From: a virus
Direction: 5' to 3' (one strand)
IMG/VR virus record: IMGVR_UViG_3300032235_000653
Location: 1 to 64,000 of that record
Length of the DNA: 64,000 bases
A program made the translations under genes and the position numbers. Positions 27,603-36,671 of the stretch are shown here, one piece after another (position 1 is the first letter of the stretch; each line of letters opens with the position of its first letter). The notes beneath the pieces are model-generated. The model was not told where the DNA came from. It did not search any database and was given only the letters and a program-made list of their open reading frames with translations.

Positions 27603-28204
27603 AAAAAGTAGCCATAACTGGAACTACTCGGGGAATTGGTCTGAGTCTAAAACAAAAAATGATTAGACAATTTAATGTTTTAGACTTAAATCGGCCCATG
27701 TTTGATTTAGGCATCCCTTCCACAATAAACAATATCGACTTGTCAACTGTTGATGTATTGGTATTAAATGCTGGTCTAGCTAATAAGAATCTTATTCCCA
27801 ATAACTTTCGTGATCAAGACATAGACTATTGGCGCAACATTATATCTACACAGGTCATTGGTAATTTTATGCTAATGCAAAATTACCTGAAGGTGCGTGA
27901 TAACGGTGTGATTGTTGTGCTGAGTAGTATTGTCGTAGAACAAAGTAGGTTCAGCGGTAGAGCAGTTTACACAGCAGCTAAAACAGCGTTAAGCACTATG
28001 ATCGACGAATTGTCACACGAAATTAAAAGAACAAAACAAAATATTCGTCTAATAGAAATCAGACCAGGTTTAACTAGAGATCCTGGAGAAACGCCAGCAG
28101 ATGGTGAAGATCGGATTCCGACTACTTACGATCAAGTAGCCGATGCAATTATGTTTGCCATAGATCATCCAACTATGACAAAAGTCACTTTTAACAATTT
28201 ATAA
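27599..28204 (+). CDS. Short-chain dehydrogenase/reductase
   Basis: TGTTRGIG, LNAG, YTAAK (YxxxK) and IRPG. Confidence 0.88.
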   Translation: MKKVAITGTTRGIGLSLKQKMIRQFNVLDLNRPMFDLGIPSTINNIDLSTVDVLVLNAGLANKNLIPNNFRDQDIDYWRNIISTQVIGNFMLMQNYLKVRDNGVIVVLSSIVVEQSRFSGRAVYTAAKTALSTMIDELSHEIKRTKQNIRLIEIRPGLTRDPGETPADGEDRIPTTYDQVADAIMFAIDHPTMTKVTFNNL

Positions 28205-28218
28205 CAAATTAGTCATTG

Positions 28219-28404
28219 ATGAGACATCTATTGTTGATACCACTAATTAAATTTTGGCGATTATGGGCAAAAGCACTTGGTGAAAAAGCAGGCACTACTG
28301 ATACTGAAGCAGACCGTATTGCTTGCATTCGCACTGCGATTGTGCTATCATATATTATAACCAACTGCTTTATTATAGCAGGTGTAATTCGACATTGGAA
28401 CTAG
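28219..28404 (+). CDS. Small membrane protein
   Basis: WRLWAKALGEK...hydrophobic helix...IRHW. Confidence 0.55.
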   Translation: MRHLLLIPLIKFWRLWAKALGEKAGTTDTEADRIACIRTAIVLSYIITNCFIIAGVIRHWN

Positions 28405-28405
28405 T

Positions 28406-28702
28406 ATGTTTAAATTAAATCCGGGTAGCCACGAAGAAGCATTAGGTATTCTTCAAGAAGAATGTGCTGAAGTAATAGTTGAAGTCAGCAAGATTAGAAG
28501 ATTTGGTATTGGCTCAGTTCATTATAAAACTGGTTACAAGCATTCTGAAATGTTAGAAATGGAAATTGGTGATGTATTGGCCATGGTTGATATTTTATTA
28601 GAACAACAAATTATCAATTGGGAAAATTTAGAACTAGCCAAACATGCCAAAAAAGAAAAACTTAAGAAATGGTCTAATATATATGAAACTCAAAGTCAGT
28701 GA
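28406..28702 (+). CDS. MazG-like nucleotide pyrophosphohydrolase
   Basis: LQEECAEV...LEMEIGDVL (EExxE...ExxD). Confidence 0.75.
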   Translation: MFKLNPGSHEEALGILQEECAEVIVEVSKIRRFGIGSVHYKTGYKHSEMLEMEIGDVLAMVDILLEQQIINWENLELAKHAKKEKLKKWSNIYETQSQ

Positions 28703-29570
28703 ACTTTTCTATTCAGCACAAGGTGAAGGACGTTTTGTCGGAGTCCCTAGTGTATTTTTACGAACCTTCGGGTGCAACTTCACTTGCAGTGGATTTGGTT
28801 GTGCTCCGGGAGTTAAAAGCAATGAAGCAGATGAGGTTGCAAAAAATGTCCATTTGTACAAAGATTTTAACAGTCTTCCCTTAGTTAATACTGGGTGTGA
28901 TAGTTACGCAAGCTGGCACCCAGCTTTTAAAGAACTAAGTCCAACGGTCGACACTGGTCAATTAGTAGACAATATGTTAAAACTTACACCCAACAACAAA
29001 TGGATACAAGATAATGGGAACGATGTACATCTTGTTATCACCGGGGGAGAACCATTGTTGGGTTGGCAGCGAGCCTATGAAGAATTATTAAGCAATACTA
29101 ACATGTTAGATTTGCAAAATTTAACCTTCGAAACAAACGGTACTCAAAAACTACTGCCTTCATTTAGACAATACTTACTTAACTGGACATTAAATTCTAA
29201 ATTAAATTCTAAGAGTGAGCGCAGAACCTATAACAATCTCACCTTTAGTGTCAGTGCTAAATTAAGTGCCAGCGGAGAACGTTGGGAAGATGCTATTTGT
29301 CCCGATATTGTGGCTAGCTATCAAGACATAGGTCACACATATCTTAAATTTGTTGTTGAAACAGATGAACATTTTAAAGAAGTGGATAGGGCAGTAAAAG
29401 AATTTAGAGCTGGCGGATTTAAAGGTTCTGTATATGTGATGCCTCAAGGCGGTGTTGTCACTCCCTACGAAAAAAATCGTGTCAGAGTTGCTGATTGGGC
29501 CTGCAGTAAGGGATACTATTACAGCCCAAGACTACATGTCGATCTGTGGGGTAATGGGTGGAGCAAGTGA
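28683..29570 (+). CDS. queE: 7-carboxy-7-deazaguanine synthase (radical SAM)
   Basis: ELFYSAQGEG..G.PSVFLRTFGCNFTC...GCDS, ITGGEP, ETNG and SPRLH. Confidence 0.9.
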   Translation: MKLKVSELFYSAQGEGRFVGVPSVFLRTFGCNFTCSGFGCAPGVKSNEADEVAKNVHLYKDFNSLPLVNTGCDSYASWHPAFKELSPTVDTGQLVDNMLKLTPNNKWIQDNGNDVHLVITGGEPLLGWQRAYEELLSNTNMLDLQNLTFETNGTQKLLPSFRQYLLNWTLNSKLNSKSERRTYNNLTFSVSAKLSASGERWEDAICPDIVASYQDIGHTYLKFVVETDEHFKEVDRAVKEFRAGGFKGSVYVMPQGGVVTPYEKNRVRVADWACSKGYYYSPRLHVDLWGNGWSK

Positions 29571-29800
29571 TGGGTGTGGCTACTAGCGATGAAACGCCAC
29601 CATCGTACGATCCGTTCGATGATCGTGCGGTATTTAAATATAAGTATAGTTTCATACCCCGTCGTTGCTATACAACCAATCGTTGGATTTGGGGATTATC
29701 AATGCGTGGTCGTAGAGTAATCACAGGCCCGGGCGACCCATTAATCCAGGATCGTTGGTATCATCGCGATGAAGCAATTATTAAGATGTTAAAAGGATAA
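29570..29800 (+). CDS. Hypothetical protein
   Basis: ORF coupled to the queE stop. Confidence 0.5.
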   Translation: MGVATSDETPPSYDPFDDRAVFKYKYSFIPRRCYTTNRWIWGLSMRGRRVITGPGDPLIQDRWYHRDEAIIKMLKG

Positions 29801-29803
29801 TAT

Positions 29804-30226
29804 ATGGGAATATTCAATAAACTGTTTAATAAGGAACAGCCTGTTAAAGAAGAAACAACGTTGCCTGTACCTGAACCAGCACCTAAGGCACCTCGGGTTA
29901 AAAAAACTACACAACCTAAGAAAACACCCAAGCAAATTGCCACAGAAAAAGGCGAACCATGGGTTAATATTACCAGCGTGGAATTGGATCCTGACAATAT
30001 CGGAAACGGTGCATTTGAACTAGATTGGAATGATTTTTTTGTGGCCAAACTAGTTCGGTCTGGTTATAAAGGTAAAGATGATTCTCAGATTGTGGATCAA
30101 TGGTTCCAAGATGTTTGTCGTAATGTCGTTATGGAAACATTTGAACAATATGAAGCTAACAACCCCCGACCAGTTACTGGCGTAAAACGCAGAGATTTAG
30201 GGGACGGGCGTAGTGAGGTAAGTTAA
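29804..30226 (+). CDS. Hypothetical phage protein
   Basis: 140 aa; GAFELDWN motif; SD present. Confidence 0.65.
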   Translation: MGIFNKLFNKEQPVKEETTLPVPEPAPKAPRVKKTTQPKKTPKQIATEKGEPWVNITSVELDPDNIGNGAFELDWNDFFVAKLVRSGYKGKDDSQIVDQWFQDVCRNVVMETFEQYEANNPRPVTGVKRRDLGDGRSEVS

Positions 30227-30240
30227 TTATCTTAAAGAAG

Positions 30241-30269
30241 TTGACAAATATCGAATAAACTGCTATTAT
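30241..30269 (+). promoter_or_regulatory. Sigma70 promoter with extended -10
   Basis: TTGACA-N17-TATTAT with TG; ATG lies 9 nt after the -10. Confidence 0.65.
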
Positions 30270-30278
30270 TACTGTACT

Positions 30279-31250
30279 ATGCGATATCTTATTGTTGACA
30301 CAGCTAATACATTCTTCCGTGCAAGACACAGTGCCCATCGTCAAAGTGACACATGGGATAAACTAGGTTTTGCTATTCACGTAACTCTTGCCAGCGTAAA
30401 CAAAGCATGGCGAGATCAAAAAGCAGACCACGTAGTGTTCTGTTTAGAGGGGCGCTCATGGCGAAAGGATTTCTATGAGCCCTACAAGAAAAACCGCGCA
30501 GTCGCAAGAGCTGCACTCACAGAAAAAGAAGCAGAAGAAGACAAGTTGTTCTGGGAAGCTTTTGACGACCTTAAAACTTTCTTATCCGAACGCACCAATT
30601 GCACTGTTCTCCAGCACGAGCAATTGGAAGCAGATGACTTGGTGGCAGGATGGATTCAAGCACACCCGCAGGATCACCATACCATTGTAAGCAGCGACAC
30701 TGATTTTCATCAGTTACTGGCCGACAATGTCAATCAGTACAACGGCGTAGCAGATGAGTTGCATACACTGCAAGGTATCTTTGACAAAAAAGGCAAGGTG
30801 GTTATCGATAAAAAAACCAAAGAGCCTAAGATTATTCCTGATCCCGAATGGATCTTGTTTGAAAAATGTATGCGAGGCGACCCCACTGACAATGTGTTCA
30901 GTGCCTTTCCCGGTGTTCGTAAAACTAAACTAGAAGAAGCATACAAAGATCGTGCCAACCGGGGGTTTGCATGGAACAATCTTATGCTGCAATCTTGGAC
31001 TGACCATAACGGTGTAGATCATAAAGTACTCAACGACTATAACAGGAATCGTGTTCTGGTAGACTTGGCTGCTCAGCCCGACGATATTAAAATTAAGATT
31101 GCTGAAACCATTGCTAACGGCAGTGTGCGATTAAATCGACCAATGGTTGGGGCACAGTTCTTAAAGTTTTGTGGCAAGTATGAACTTAATCGTTTAAGTG
31201 AAAATGCCACAGCAATCAGCGATGTGTTGAGTGCCAGCTACCCAGAATGA
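30279..31250 (+). CDS. rnh: RNase H / 5'-3' exonuclease (T4 rnh, FEN-like)
   Basis: LIVDTAN, WRKDFYEPYKKNR, EADD, SSDTDFHQL and GDPTDNV. Confidence 0.88.
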   Translation: MRYLIVDTANTFFRARHSAHRQSDTWDKLGFAIHVTLASVNKAWRDQKADHVVFCLEGRSWRKDFYEPYKKNRAVARAALTEKEAEEDKLFWEAFDDLKTFLSERTNCTVLQHEQLEADDLVAGWIQAHPQDHHTIVSSDTDFHQLLADNVNQYNGVADELHTLQGIFDKKGKVVIDKKTKEPKIIPDPEWILFEKCMRGDPTDNVFSAFPGVRKTKLEEAYKDRANRGFAWNNLMLQSWTDHNGVDHKVLNDYNRNRVLVDLAAQPDDIKIKIAETIANGSVRLNRPMVGAQFLKFCGKYELNRLSENATAISDVLSASYPE

Positions 31251-31462
31251 TTAATATACAAGAATTATTAGATCAAGAAGCCGACTTGGCCAATGAAGGC
31301 TACGCAGACAGCGAACAAAGAAAAAAGATTCATACACTAATAAGGCTTGCAAGAAATGACGAAGATCGTCCTCATTGTTTTGGTGACGATGACTGTTCTA
31401 CTAGAATTTTATCCATGTGCCCGTGGCGAATGGATTGCGGAGAAAATCAAAATTATGAATAA
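31247..31462 (+). CDS. Hypothetical protein with Cys cluster
   Basis: CFG..DC......CPWRMDC. Confidence 0.5.
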   Translation: MINIQELLDQEADLANEGYADSEQRKKIHTLIRLARNDEDRPHCFGDDDCSTRILSMCPWRMDCGENQNYE

Positions 31463-31691
31463 AGAACTTTTAAAAAATCTACAGTTACAAGCGGGCGGTA
31501 GTCACTATCCCAGTATCAACCCAGACATGCAATTAACGTTTGCTCGGCTAGTTGTAAACGAATGTATCGAAGCTGTTCGCAAAACAGATACAACTCATGC
31601 TTACACTACATTTGACAAATCATTAATAGATGCTACAATTGAAAGATCTATTAAGTCAATTAAAGAGAAATTCAATTATAATGTCGTTTAA
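31455..31691 (+). CDS. Hypothetical protein
   Basis: ATG 31455 (MNKELLK); FARLVVNECI. Confidence 0.6.
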   Translation: MNKELLKNLQLQAGGSHYPSINPDMQLTFARLVVNECIEAVRKTDTTHAYTTFDKSLIDATIERSIKSIKEKFNYNVV

Positions 31692-31917
31692 AATTCATCA
31701 GAGTCGATTTCGTACTTTACGATCAAAAGATCCCAATTTCACGCTGACAGACGGACTACTAGTTACGCCAAGGGCTGGATTTGAAATCTCGTCTGGTTGC
31801 CCTTACAATTATCGAGAAATCATTCAGGAATGTGTTCGTCATGGTTGGCTTAAACCCGTGGCAAATGTATATGATCACGAATTAACTTTTGACGTATTAA
31901 AGGGAGTGACACAATGA
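31681..31917 (+). CDS. Hypothetical protein
   Basis: ATG 31681; overlapping operon organisation. Confidence 0.55.
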   Translation: MSFKIHQSRFRTLRSKDPNFTLTDGLLVTPRAGFEISSGCPYNYREIIQECVRHGWLKPVANVYDHELTFDVLKGVTQ

Positions 31918-32300
31918 AACTTATCGATGTAATTTTAGCCGCAGAAGGACGAGTCAGTGGGGGCAGCGAATATTGCTGGCACTGCTGGGGGCACAATGCA
32001 AGGTTCATGGAATTTGCCGACATCAATGGACAAGAATTTTGTACTGCGGTATTTGACTGTAAGACCTACGATGTCTACGACATTCAAATTTTTGTCCCGG
32101 GCCATGATCAATGTTTTATTTGGTGGAATCCTGAATTTAAAGAAGCTCATCACCATGAATCTAAGGTTCGCAATATCGACCCTCTAAGGGCCTATGATAA
32201 TATATTTTTTACCGAAGTAGACGAAAAAACTATTATAGAATATCTTAAAGATGTAACTGCTACAGTCTACGACCATTTGCCTATATTAGAAACTGTATGA
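31914..32300 (+). CDS. Hypothetical protein
   Basis: 128 aa with GGGAG SD. Confidence 0.6.
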   Translation: MKLIDVILAAEGRVSGGSEYCWHCWGHNARFMEFADINGQEFCTAVFDCKTYDVYDIQIFVPGHDQCFIWWNPEFKEAHHHESKVRNIDPLRAYDNIFFTEVDEKTIIEYLKDVTATVYDHLPILETV

Positions 32301-32455
32301 AGTCATTCAGAGATTGGCTTAAAGATTTATGGTATGAAAATCGCGAAGAACGTGCTTCCTGGGGCAACCCGACTCTGAGTCTTCAAGAATATTTTCAACA
32401 ATATAAATGGTGGCTTCGCCGAGAGTATAGATTTCAACAAAGGAATAACAAATGA
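32297..32455 (+). CDS. Small hypothetical protein (52 aa, not in ORF track)
   Basis: MKSFRDWLKDLWYENREE...YKWWLRREYRFQQRNNK; ATGA overlaps at both ends. Confidence 0.6.
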   Translation: MKSFRDWLKDLWYENREERASWGNPTLSLQEYFQQYKWWLRREYRFQQRNNK

Positions 32456-32820
32456 TTGAAACTTTTATTTTTATTCTTGTTTTGCTACAAATCAAACACT
32501 GGTACATTGATTTTGTAAATCAAAACGATGAAGAAGTAAAACACAAAGGCATTTATCTCGACTGGCTAGGAGTCAGGCACAGTCTTAAACACGGCATTGG
32601 GACTTTTGCTTGTTTATGGGCAGTAACCGGTTGGGGAACTATCGAGTTTGCATTTTTTATCGGCATGCTAGATTTTATCTTGCATTATCATATCGACTGG
32701 GCAAAGATGACCTATGGTAATCGAGATATTACCACTCCTCAGTTTTGGAATCATTTAGGACTAGATCAAATGGCACATCAACTTTGCTACATCGCATTCG
32801 CAGGACTTACAGTATTATGA
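32452..32820 (+). CDS. DUF3307-like membrane protein
   Basis: KHWYIDF..Q, HSLKHG, HYHIDWAK and GLDQMAH. Confidence 0.7.
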   Translation: MIETFIFILVLLQIKHWYIDFVNQNDEEVKHKGIYLDWLGVRHSLKHGIGTFACLWAVTGWGTIEFAFFIGMLDFILHYHIDWAKMTYGNRDITTPQFWNHLGLDQMAHQLCYIAFAGLTVL

Positions 32821-33287
32821 ATGAATTAATTGCTCGACCTATTGTTAAAAACAAATATTGGATTGTGGAGTCAGAAGGCAATAAAGTTGCCACTATACAA
32901 GCTGTTGAAGACGGTGGTTTTGTCTACGTCTACGACAACGCACGTGAACGTTTTACTACAATTAAACTACTAAGCAAAGCTCACAACGTGGTCTTTGACA
33001 GTGTTGTAAAAAAAGAAAAACTTACACCAGAATATCATGAAGTATACGGTTACCCTGTAAGTAATAAACCATGGAATCTGCTTTGGGACGTTAAGCATCA
33101 GTTTCCCATTTATACAAAAACCAACAAAAGTAAAAGTTATTATTGCGCTGGTTATTATATTATCAAATTTAATAATGGGTGGGTCAAAAGTTATTGTCCA
33201 AAATTTATTACATTAAATCGCTACGATTTCCAGGGTCCGTTTAAAACTAAAACAGAAATGCAGGATGCACTAAAGGCGATAAAATAA
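32817..33287 (+). CDS. Hypothetical phage protein
   Basis: ATG 32817 (MNELIARP); KSKSYYCAGYY...GPFKT. Confidence 0.65.
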   Translation: MNELIARPIVKNKYWIVESEGNKVATIQAVEDGGFVYVYDNARERFTTIKLLSKAHNVVFDSVVKKEKLTPEYHEVYGYPVSNKPWNLLWDVKHQFPIYTKTNKSKSYYCAGYYIIKFNNGWVKSYCPKFITLNRYDFQGPFKTKTEMQDALKAIK

Positions 33288-33517
33288 TGAATGAAGCTAA
33301 TCTAAGTCTGCATTTAAAAAATTTCAACGACAAAGTTAAATTGATGAATCAAACCGGTGGGAAAAATCTTATTTTGACTGCCAATGAAGCAAGAAGCCTT
33401 CATTCCGATTTGTTTGATTTGCTAAATCATTGTTCCACATTAAGCAAACAGCTTGCAGCAGCAAAATCAGGGGATTCAGTGATCAGTATTGCTGTAAATG
33501 GGGGTGGATTTAAATAA
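33287..33517 (+). CDS. Hypothetical protein
   Basis: 76 aa coupled ORF. Confidence 0.6.
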   Translation: MNEANLSLHLKNFNDKVKLMNQTGGKNLILTANEARSLHSDLFDLLNHCSTLSKQLAAAKSGDSVISIAVNGGGFK

Positions 33518-33559
33518 TCTGCGTACATTAAGAGATAAATATTATTAGTTGATAAATCT

Positions 33560-33847
33560 ATGAGCAGACCTAAACCAAATGTACTAATCGAATATGTAAA
33601 TAAATCTACCTACAAGAGTGAGCAAATTCTCAGTAGCGAAGGCATTTGGGCAGTATTTTATGATAATCAACCAATCAATTTGAAAAGCGGTAATATGCTA
33701 GTCAATTATCCAGGTCCTAAATATAAAAAGACTTCGTTCTCAAATAAAGGACATGCCATTAATCTTTGCAAAAAACTAAACACTTTATTCAAAACAGATT
33801 TATTCTCTGTAGTATTAATGAAAAGTGGTAACAAAATCTACCCTTAA
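33560..33847 (+). CDS. Hypothetical protein, probably late
   Basis: TAAATA at 33536-33541 upstream; starts MSRPKP. Confidence 0.65.
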   Translation: MSRPKPNVLIEYVNKSTYKSEQILSSEGIWAVFYDNQPINLKSGNMLVNYPGPKYKKTSFSNKGHAINLCKKLNTLFKTDLFSVVLMKSGNKIYP

Positions 33848-34202
33848 ACGATTTACACAAACTCAGCTGACTCAGATGTTTGCTGAAATGTCAAAGCAAC
33901 ATCCCAGTAAGTTAAGTTACATTATTTGGAATAATCCCAAAGACCCTAATAGTCTAAGATTAAGCCTTGCTGGATATAAATTTCTTTCCACAGATCTCAA
34001 ATTAAAATCCTATAAATTTGAATTCGATCAACCATTGGCCAATAAACATTTACTTCAACTTGAGAGATTCTTTCAAGGCATGTATTACCTTATCGGTGCC
34101 CATAAGATCGTAGTATTCGATGAGCAAGAAGCTGCTATGTTAAGTCTCATGGACGGCGATCTCAAAAAATACCTAGCTAATCTAGAAAATAATACTAATT
34201 AG
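33825..34202 (+). CDS. Hypothetical protein
   Basis: 125 aa; start uncertain. Confidence 0.55.
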   Translation: MVTKSTLKRFTQTQLTQMFAEMSKQHPSKLSYIIWNNPKDPNSLRLSLAGYKFLSTDLKLKSYKFEFDQPLANKHLLQLERFFQGMYYLIGAHKIVVFDEQEAAMLSLMDGDLKKYLANLENNTN

Positions 34203-34210
34203 TACTATAT

Positions 34211-34268
34211 TTGTTGTAAAAATACAACAAAAATTTTGGTTGCTCGAAAATCTCAATTTTGCTATAAT
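34211..34268 (+). promoter_or_regulatory. Early-type promoter with upstream palindrome
   Basis: TTGTTGTA-aaaa-TACAACAA, then TTGCTC-N17-TATAAT (extended TG). Confidence 0.7.
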
Positions 34269-34298
34269 ATTGATATTGTAGTTAACAAGGAGTTCAAG

Positions 34299-34583
34299 TT
34301 GAACCAATTGATTCAAATTCAGCAAGTTAATCAAGCTATCATGTTTGGTAACTTTACCGACACCGAACTGACTAGCATTCTTAGTGCCGTACAATTTGCC
34401 AAGTCTCAACTTCGCAAAGATAAAATCCGCTCTATCAAGTTGGGCGATAATGTTCGTTTTACTAGTACTAAACGCGGTATGACTATCACTGGCACTGTAG
34501 ACAAGATTGCTATTAAATTTGTAACAGTTCGTTCTCCGCAGGGCCTGTGGAAAGTGCCTGCTAACATGCTGGAAGTTGTGTAA
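34299..34583 (+). CDS. Small SH3/KOW-like beta-barrel protein
   Basis: TTG start after AGGAG; IKLGDNVRF...GTVDKIAIKFVTV..WKVPANML. Confidence 0.6.
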   Translation: MNQLIQIQQVNQAIMFGNFTDTELTSILSAVQFAKSQLRKDKIRSIKLGDNVRFTSTKRGMTITGTVDKIAIKFVTVRSPQGLWKVPANMLEVV

Positions 34584-34630
34584 AAACAACACATTTTTTG
34601 GTTGTCCGAAAATCCCATTTTTGCTATAAT
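34575..34630 (+). promoter_or_regulatory. Early-type promoter with upstream palindrome
   Basis: GTTG-N8-CAAC, then TTGTCC-N17-TATAAT; near-copy of 34211-34268. Confidence 0.7.
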
Positions 34631-34663
34631 AATGGCATACAGTAACAAAACGGAGTAAACGAA

Positions 34664-35089
34664 ATGGCTTATGTCTCTCAGGAACGTAAACAATCCCTAG
34701 CCCCAGCTATCAAGGCTGTACTTAAAAAGTATGGCGTTAAAGGCTCTTTGTCAATTCGGACTCATTCATCTTTGGTTCTGACTATCAAGTCGGGACAGAT
34801 TGATTTCATCGAAAATTTCATTAACACTGATGCGGACAAACCCTACGCTAAACATATGTCTGTGGATGAAATTGAACATCTTCGTAAGAATAAATGTGTG
34901 GATGTAAACCCTTATTGGTATCATGAGCACTTTTCAGGTAAGGCTAAAGAATTCCTGAAAGAGGTATTAACTGCCATGAACAAGGGTAATCACAATAATT
35001 CAGACGCTATGACTGACTACTTCGATGTGGGTTGGTACGTGGACGTGAACATCGGTCGTTGGAATCAGCCCTATGTCTATGTTGCATAA
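34664..35089 (+). CDS. Hypothetical phage protein
   Basis: GGAG SD; NNSDAMTDYFDVGWYVDVNIG motif. Confidence 0.7.
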   Translation: MAYVSQERKQSLAPAIKAVLKKYGVKGSLSIRTHSSLVLTIKSGQIDFIENFINTDADKPYAKHMSVDEIEHLRKNKCVDVNPYWYHEHFSGKAKEFLKEVLTAMNKGNHNNSDAMTDYFDVGWYVDVNIGRWNQPYVYVA

Positions 35090-35124
35090 TAACAACAGAC
35101 AATAATTCAAGTTTCAGATATAAT
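35080..35124 (+). promoter_or_regulatory. Promoter with palindrome overlapping the -35
   Basis: TGTTG-N8-CAACA; CAGACA-N17-TATAAT. Confidence 0.6.
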
Positions 35125-35153
35125 ATACTTTTACATCACAAAGGAGTTTTTAA

Positions 35154-36263
35154 ATGGCTAAAGAGACTGTAACCGAAAGCCGAACTGTTACCAGCGATGG
35201 TGCTCGTCGTGCTATTCTTAAATGTTTCAAGAAAAAGCGTCCAGCTTTTCTTTGGGGCCCTCCAGGCATTGGCAAGTCTGAGGTAATCGAAGGTATCGCT
35301 CGAGACTTGGGCGGTGCGTACATCGACCTGCGTCTTGCACAGATGGAGCCCACCGACCTGCGCGGTATTCCATACTTCAACAAAGAGTTGGGCAAAATGG
35401 ATTGGGCACCCCCCATCGATTTGCCTGACGAAGAGTTCGCTAAACAGTATCCCTACGTGGTCCTGTTTATGGACGAAATGAACAGTGCCGCTCCTAGCAT
35501 TCAGGCAGCAGCCTATCAGCTGATTCTTAATCGCCGAATCGGCAAATACATTTTGCCCGACAATGTTGTTATGGTTGCCGCTGGTAACCGTGAAAGCGAC
35601 AAGGGTGTTACCTTCCGCATGCCTGCTCCGTTGGCAAATCGTTTCATGCATTTTGAAATGCGTGTCGACCATGGCTCGTGGGAGACTTGGGCAGTTAACA
35701 ACAAAATCCACAAAGACGTGGTGGGTTACATCGGTTTTGCTAAACAAGACCTGTACGACTTTGATCCTCGTTCTAGCTCGCGTTCGTTCGCTACTCCACG
35801 TAGCTGGACCTTCGTCAGTGAAATTCTTGAAGATGAAGACACTTCAGATTCTGAATTGATCGATTTGGTTGCAGGTGCAGTTGGCGAAGGTGTTGCAGTT
35901 AAGTTTATGGCCCATCGCAAAGTTGCAGGGCAACTGCCTAAGCCTGCAGACATTTTGGCTGGCAAAGTCACTGAACTCAAAGTGAAAGAGATCAGTGCCA
36001 TGTATTCGCTGACTATTGCTATGTGCTATGAGCTCCAAGATGTTGCCAAGAAAGAAGGCGGCAAACCTTCCGCAGAATGGCATTCAATGAGCGACAACTT
36101 CTTTAAGTTCATGATGGATAATTTTACCACTGAGCTTACTGTTATGGGTGCTCGTGTTGCGTTGACTACTTACAACCTGCCCTTTGTTCCTGGCAAGTTG
36201 AAGAACTTCGACGAGTTCCATAAGCGTTTTGGTAAGTATATCGTGGCAGCTAGCCAGAAGTAA
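35154..36263 (+). CDS. MoxR-like AAA+ ATPase
   Basis: GPPGIGKS (Walker A), LFMDEMN (Walker B), AAGN, PLANRF and TPRSW. Confidence 0.9.
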   Translation: MAKETVTESRTVTSDGARRAILKCFKKKRPAFLWGPPGIGKSEVIEGIARDLGGAYIDLRLAQMEPTDLRGIPYFNKELGKMDWAPPIDLPDEEFAKQYPYVVLFMDEMNSAAPSIQAAAYQLILNRRIGKYILPDNVVMVAAGNRESDKGVTFRMPAPLANRFMHFEMRVDHGSWETWAVNNKIHKDVVGYIGFAKQDLYDFDPRSSSRSFATPRSWTFVSEILEDEDTSDSELIDLVAGAVGEGVAVKFMAHRKVAGQLPKPADILAGKVTELKVKEISAMYSLTIAMCYELQDVAKKEGGKPSAEWHSMSDNFFKFMMDNFTTELTVMGARVALTTYNLPFVPGKLKNFDEFHKRFGKYIVAASQK

Positions 36264-36315
36264 GTTTAGGGGCAGAGATTTCAAACTCCTTTGACTCGTA
36301 AGTCCCCAATTTATT

Positions 36316-36609
36316 ATGAAATTTAAAATCGAAAAGTTAGATGGAAGACATAAAGGCAATAGTTCCTTTACTCATCGAGCTGTGGTTTTAGGATTAACTG
36401 CGGACAGGTTTATCGACTTTTTAACTCTCAGAGAGTGGTGCTGGAATACTTGGGGACCTAGCTGTGAACGCGAAATTTATCTAAATTCTCATTATAATAA
36501 AGTTAGAAATAATCCTTGGGTGTGGCACTATAATGGTGATTATAGCGAGTGTTGTATCTACCTGACAGGATCCAAAGAATTAGAATTGTTTACCTTGAAA
36601 TGGTTGTAA
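36316..36609 (+). CDS. Hypothetical protein (F-x-L-K-W family)
   Basis: LREWCWNTWG...ELELFTLKWL. Confidence 0.6.
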   Translation: MKFKIEKLDGRHKGNSSFTHRAVVLGLTADRFIDFLTLREWCWNTWGPSCEREIYLNSHYNKVRNNPWVWHYNGDYSECCIYLTGSKELELFTLKWL

Positions 36610-36618
36610 AAATTGTTT

Positions 36619-36647
36619 TTGACAATAAATCCAATTTCAAATATAAT
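36619..36647 (+). promoter_or_regulatory. Consensus sigma70 promoter
   Basis: TTGACA-N17-TATAAT, followed by AGGAG and ATG 36672. Confidence 0.8.
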
Positions 36648-36671
36648 ATACGAATAAACAAGGAGTACTAA

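Noticed and set aside
29189-29212. Short duplication (LNSKLNSK) in queE
   Set aside because: A 12-nt in-frame slippage in a probable loop, with no evidence of function.
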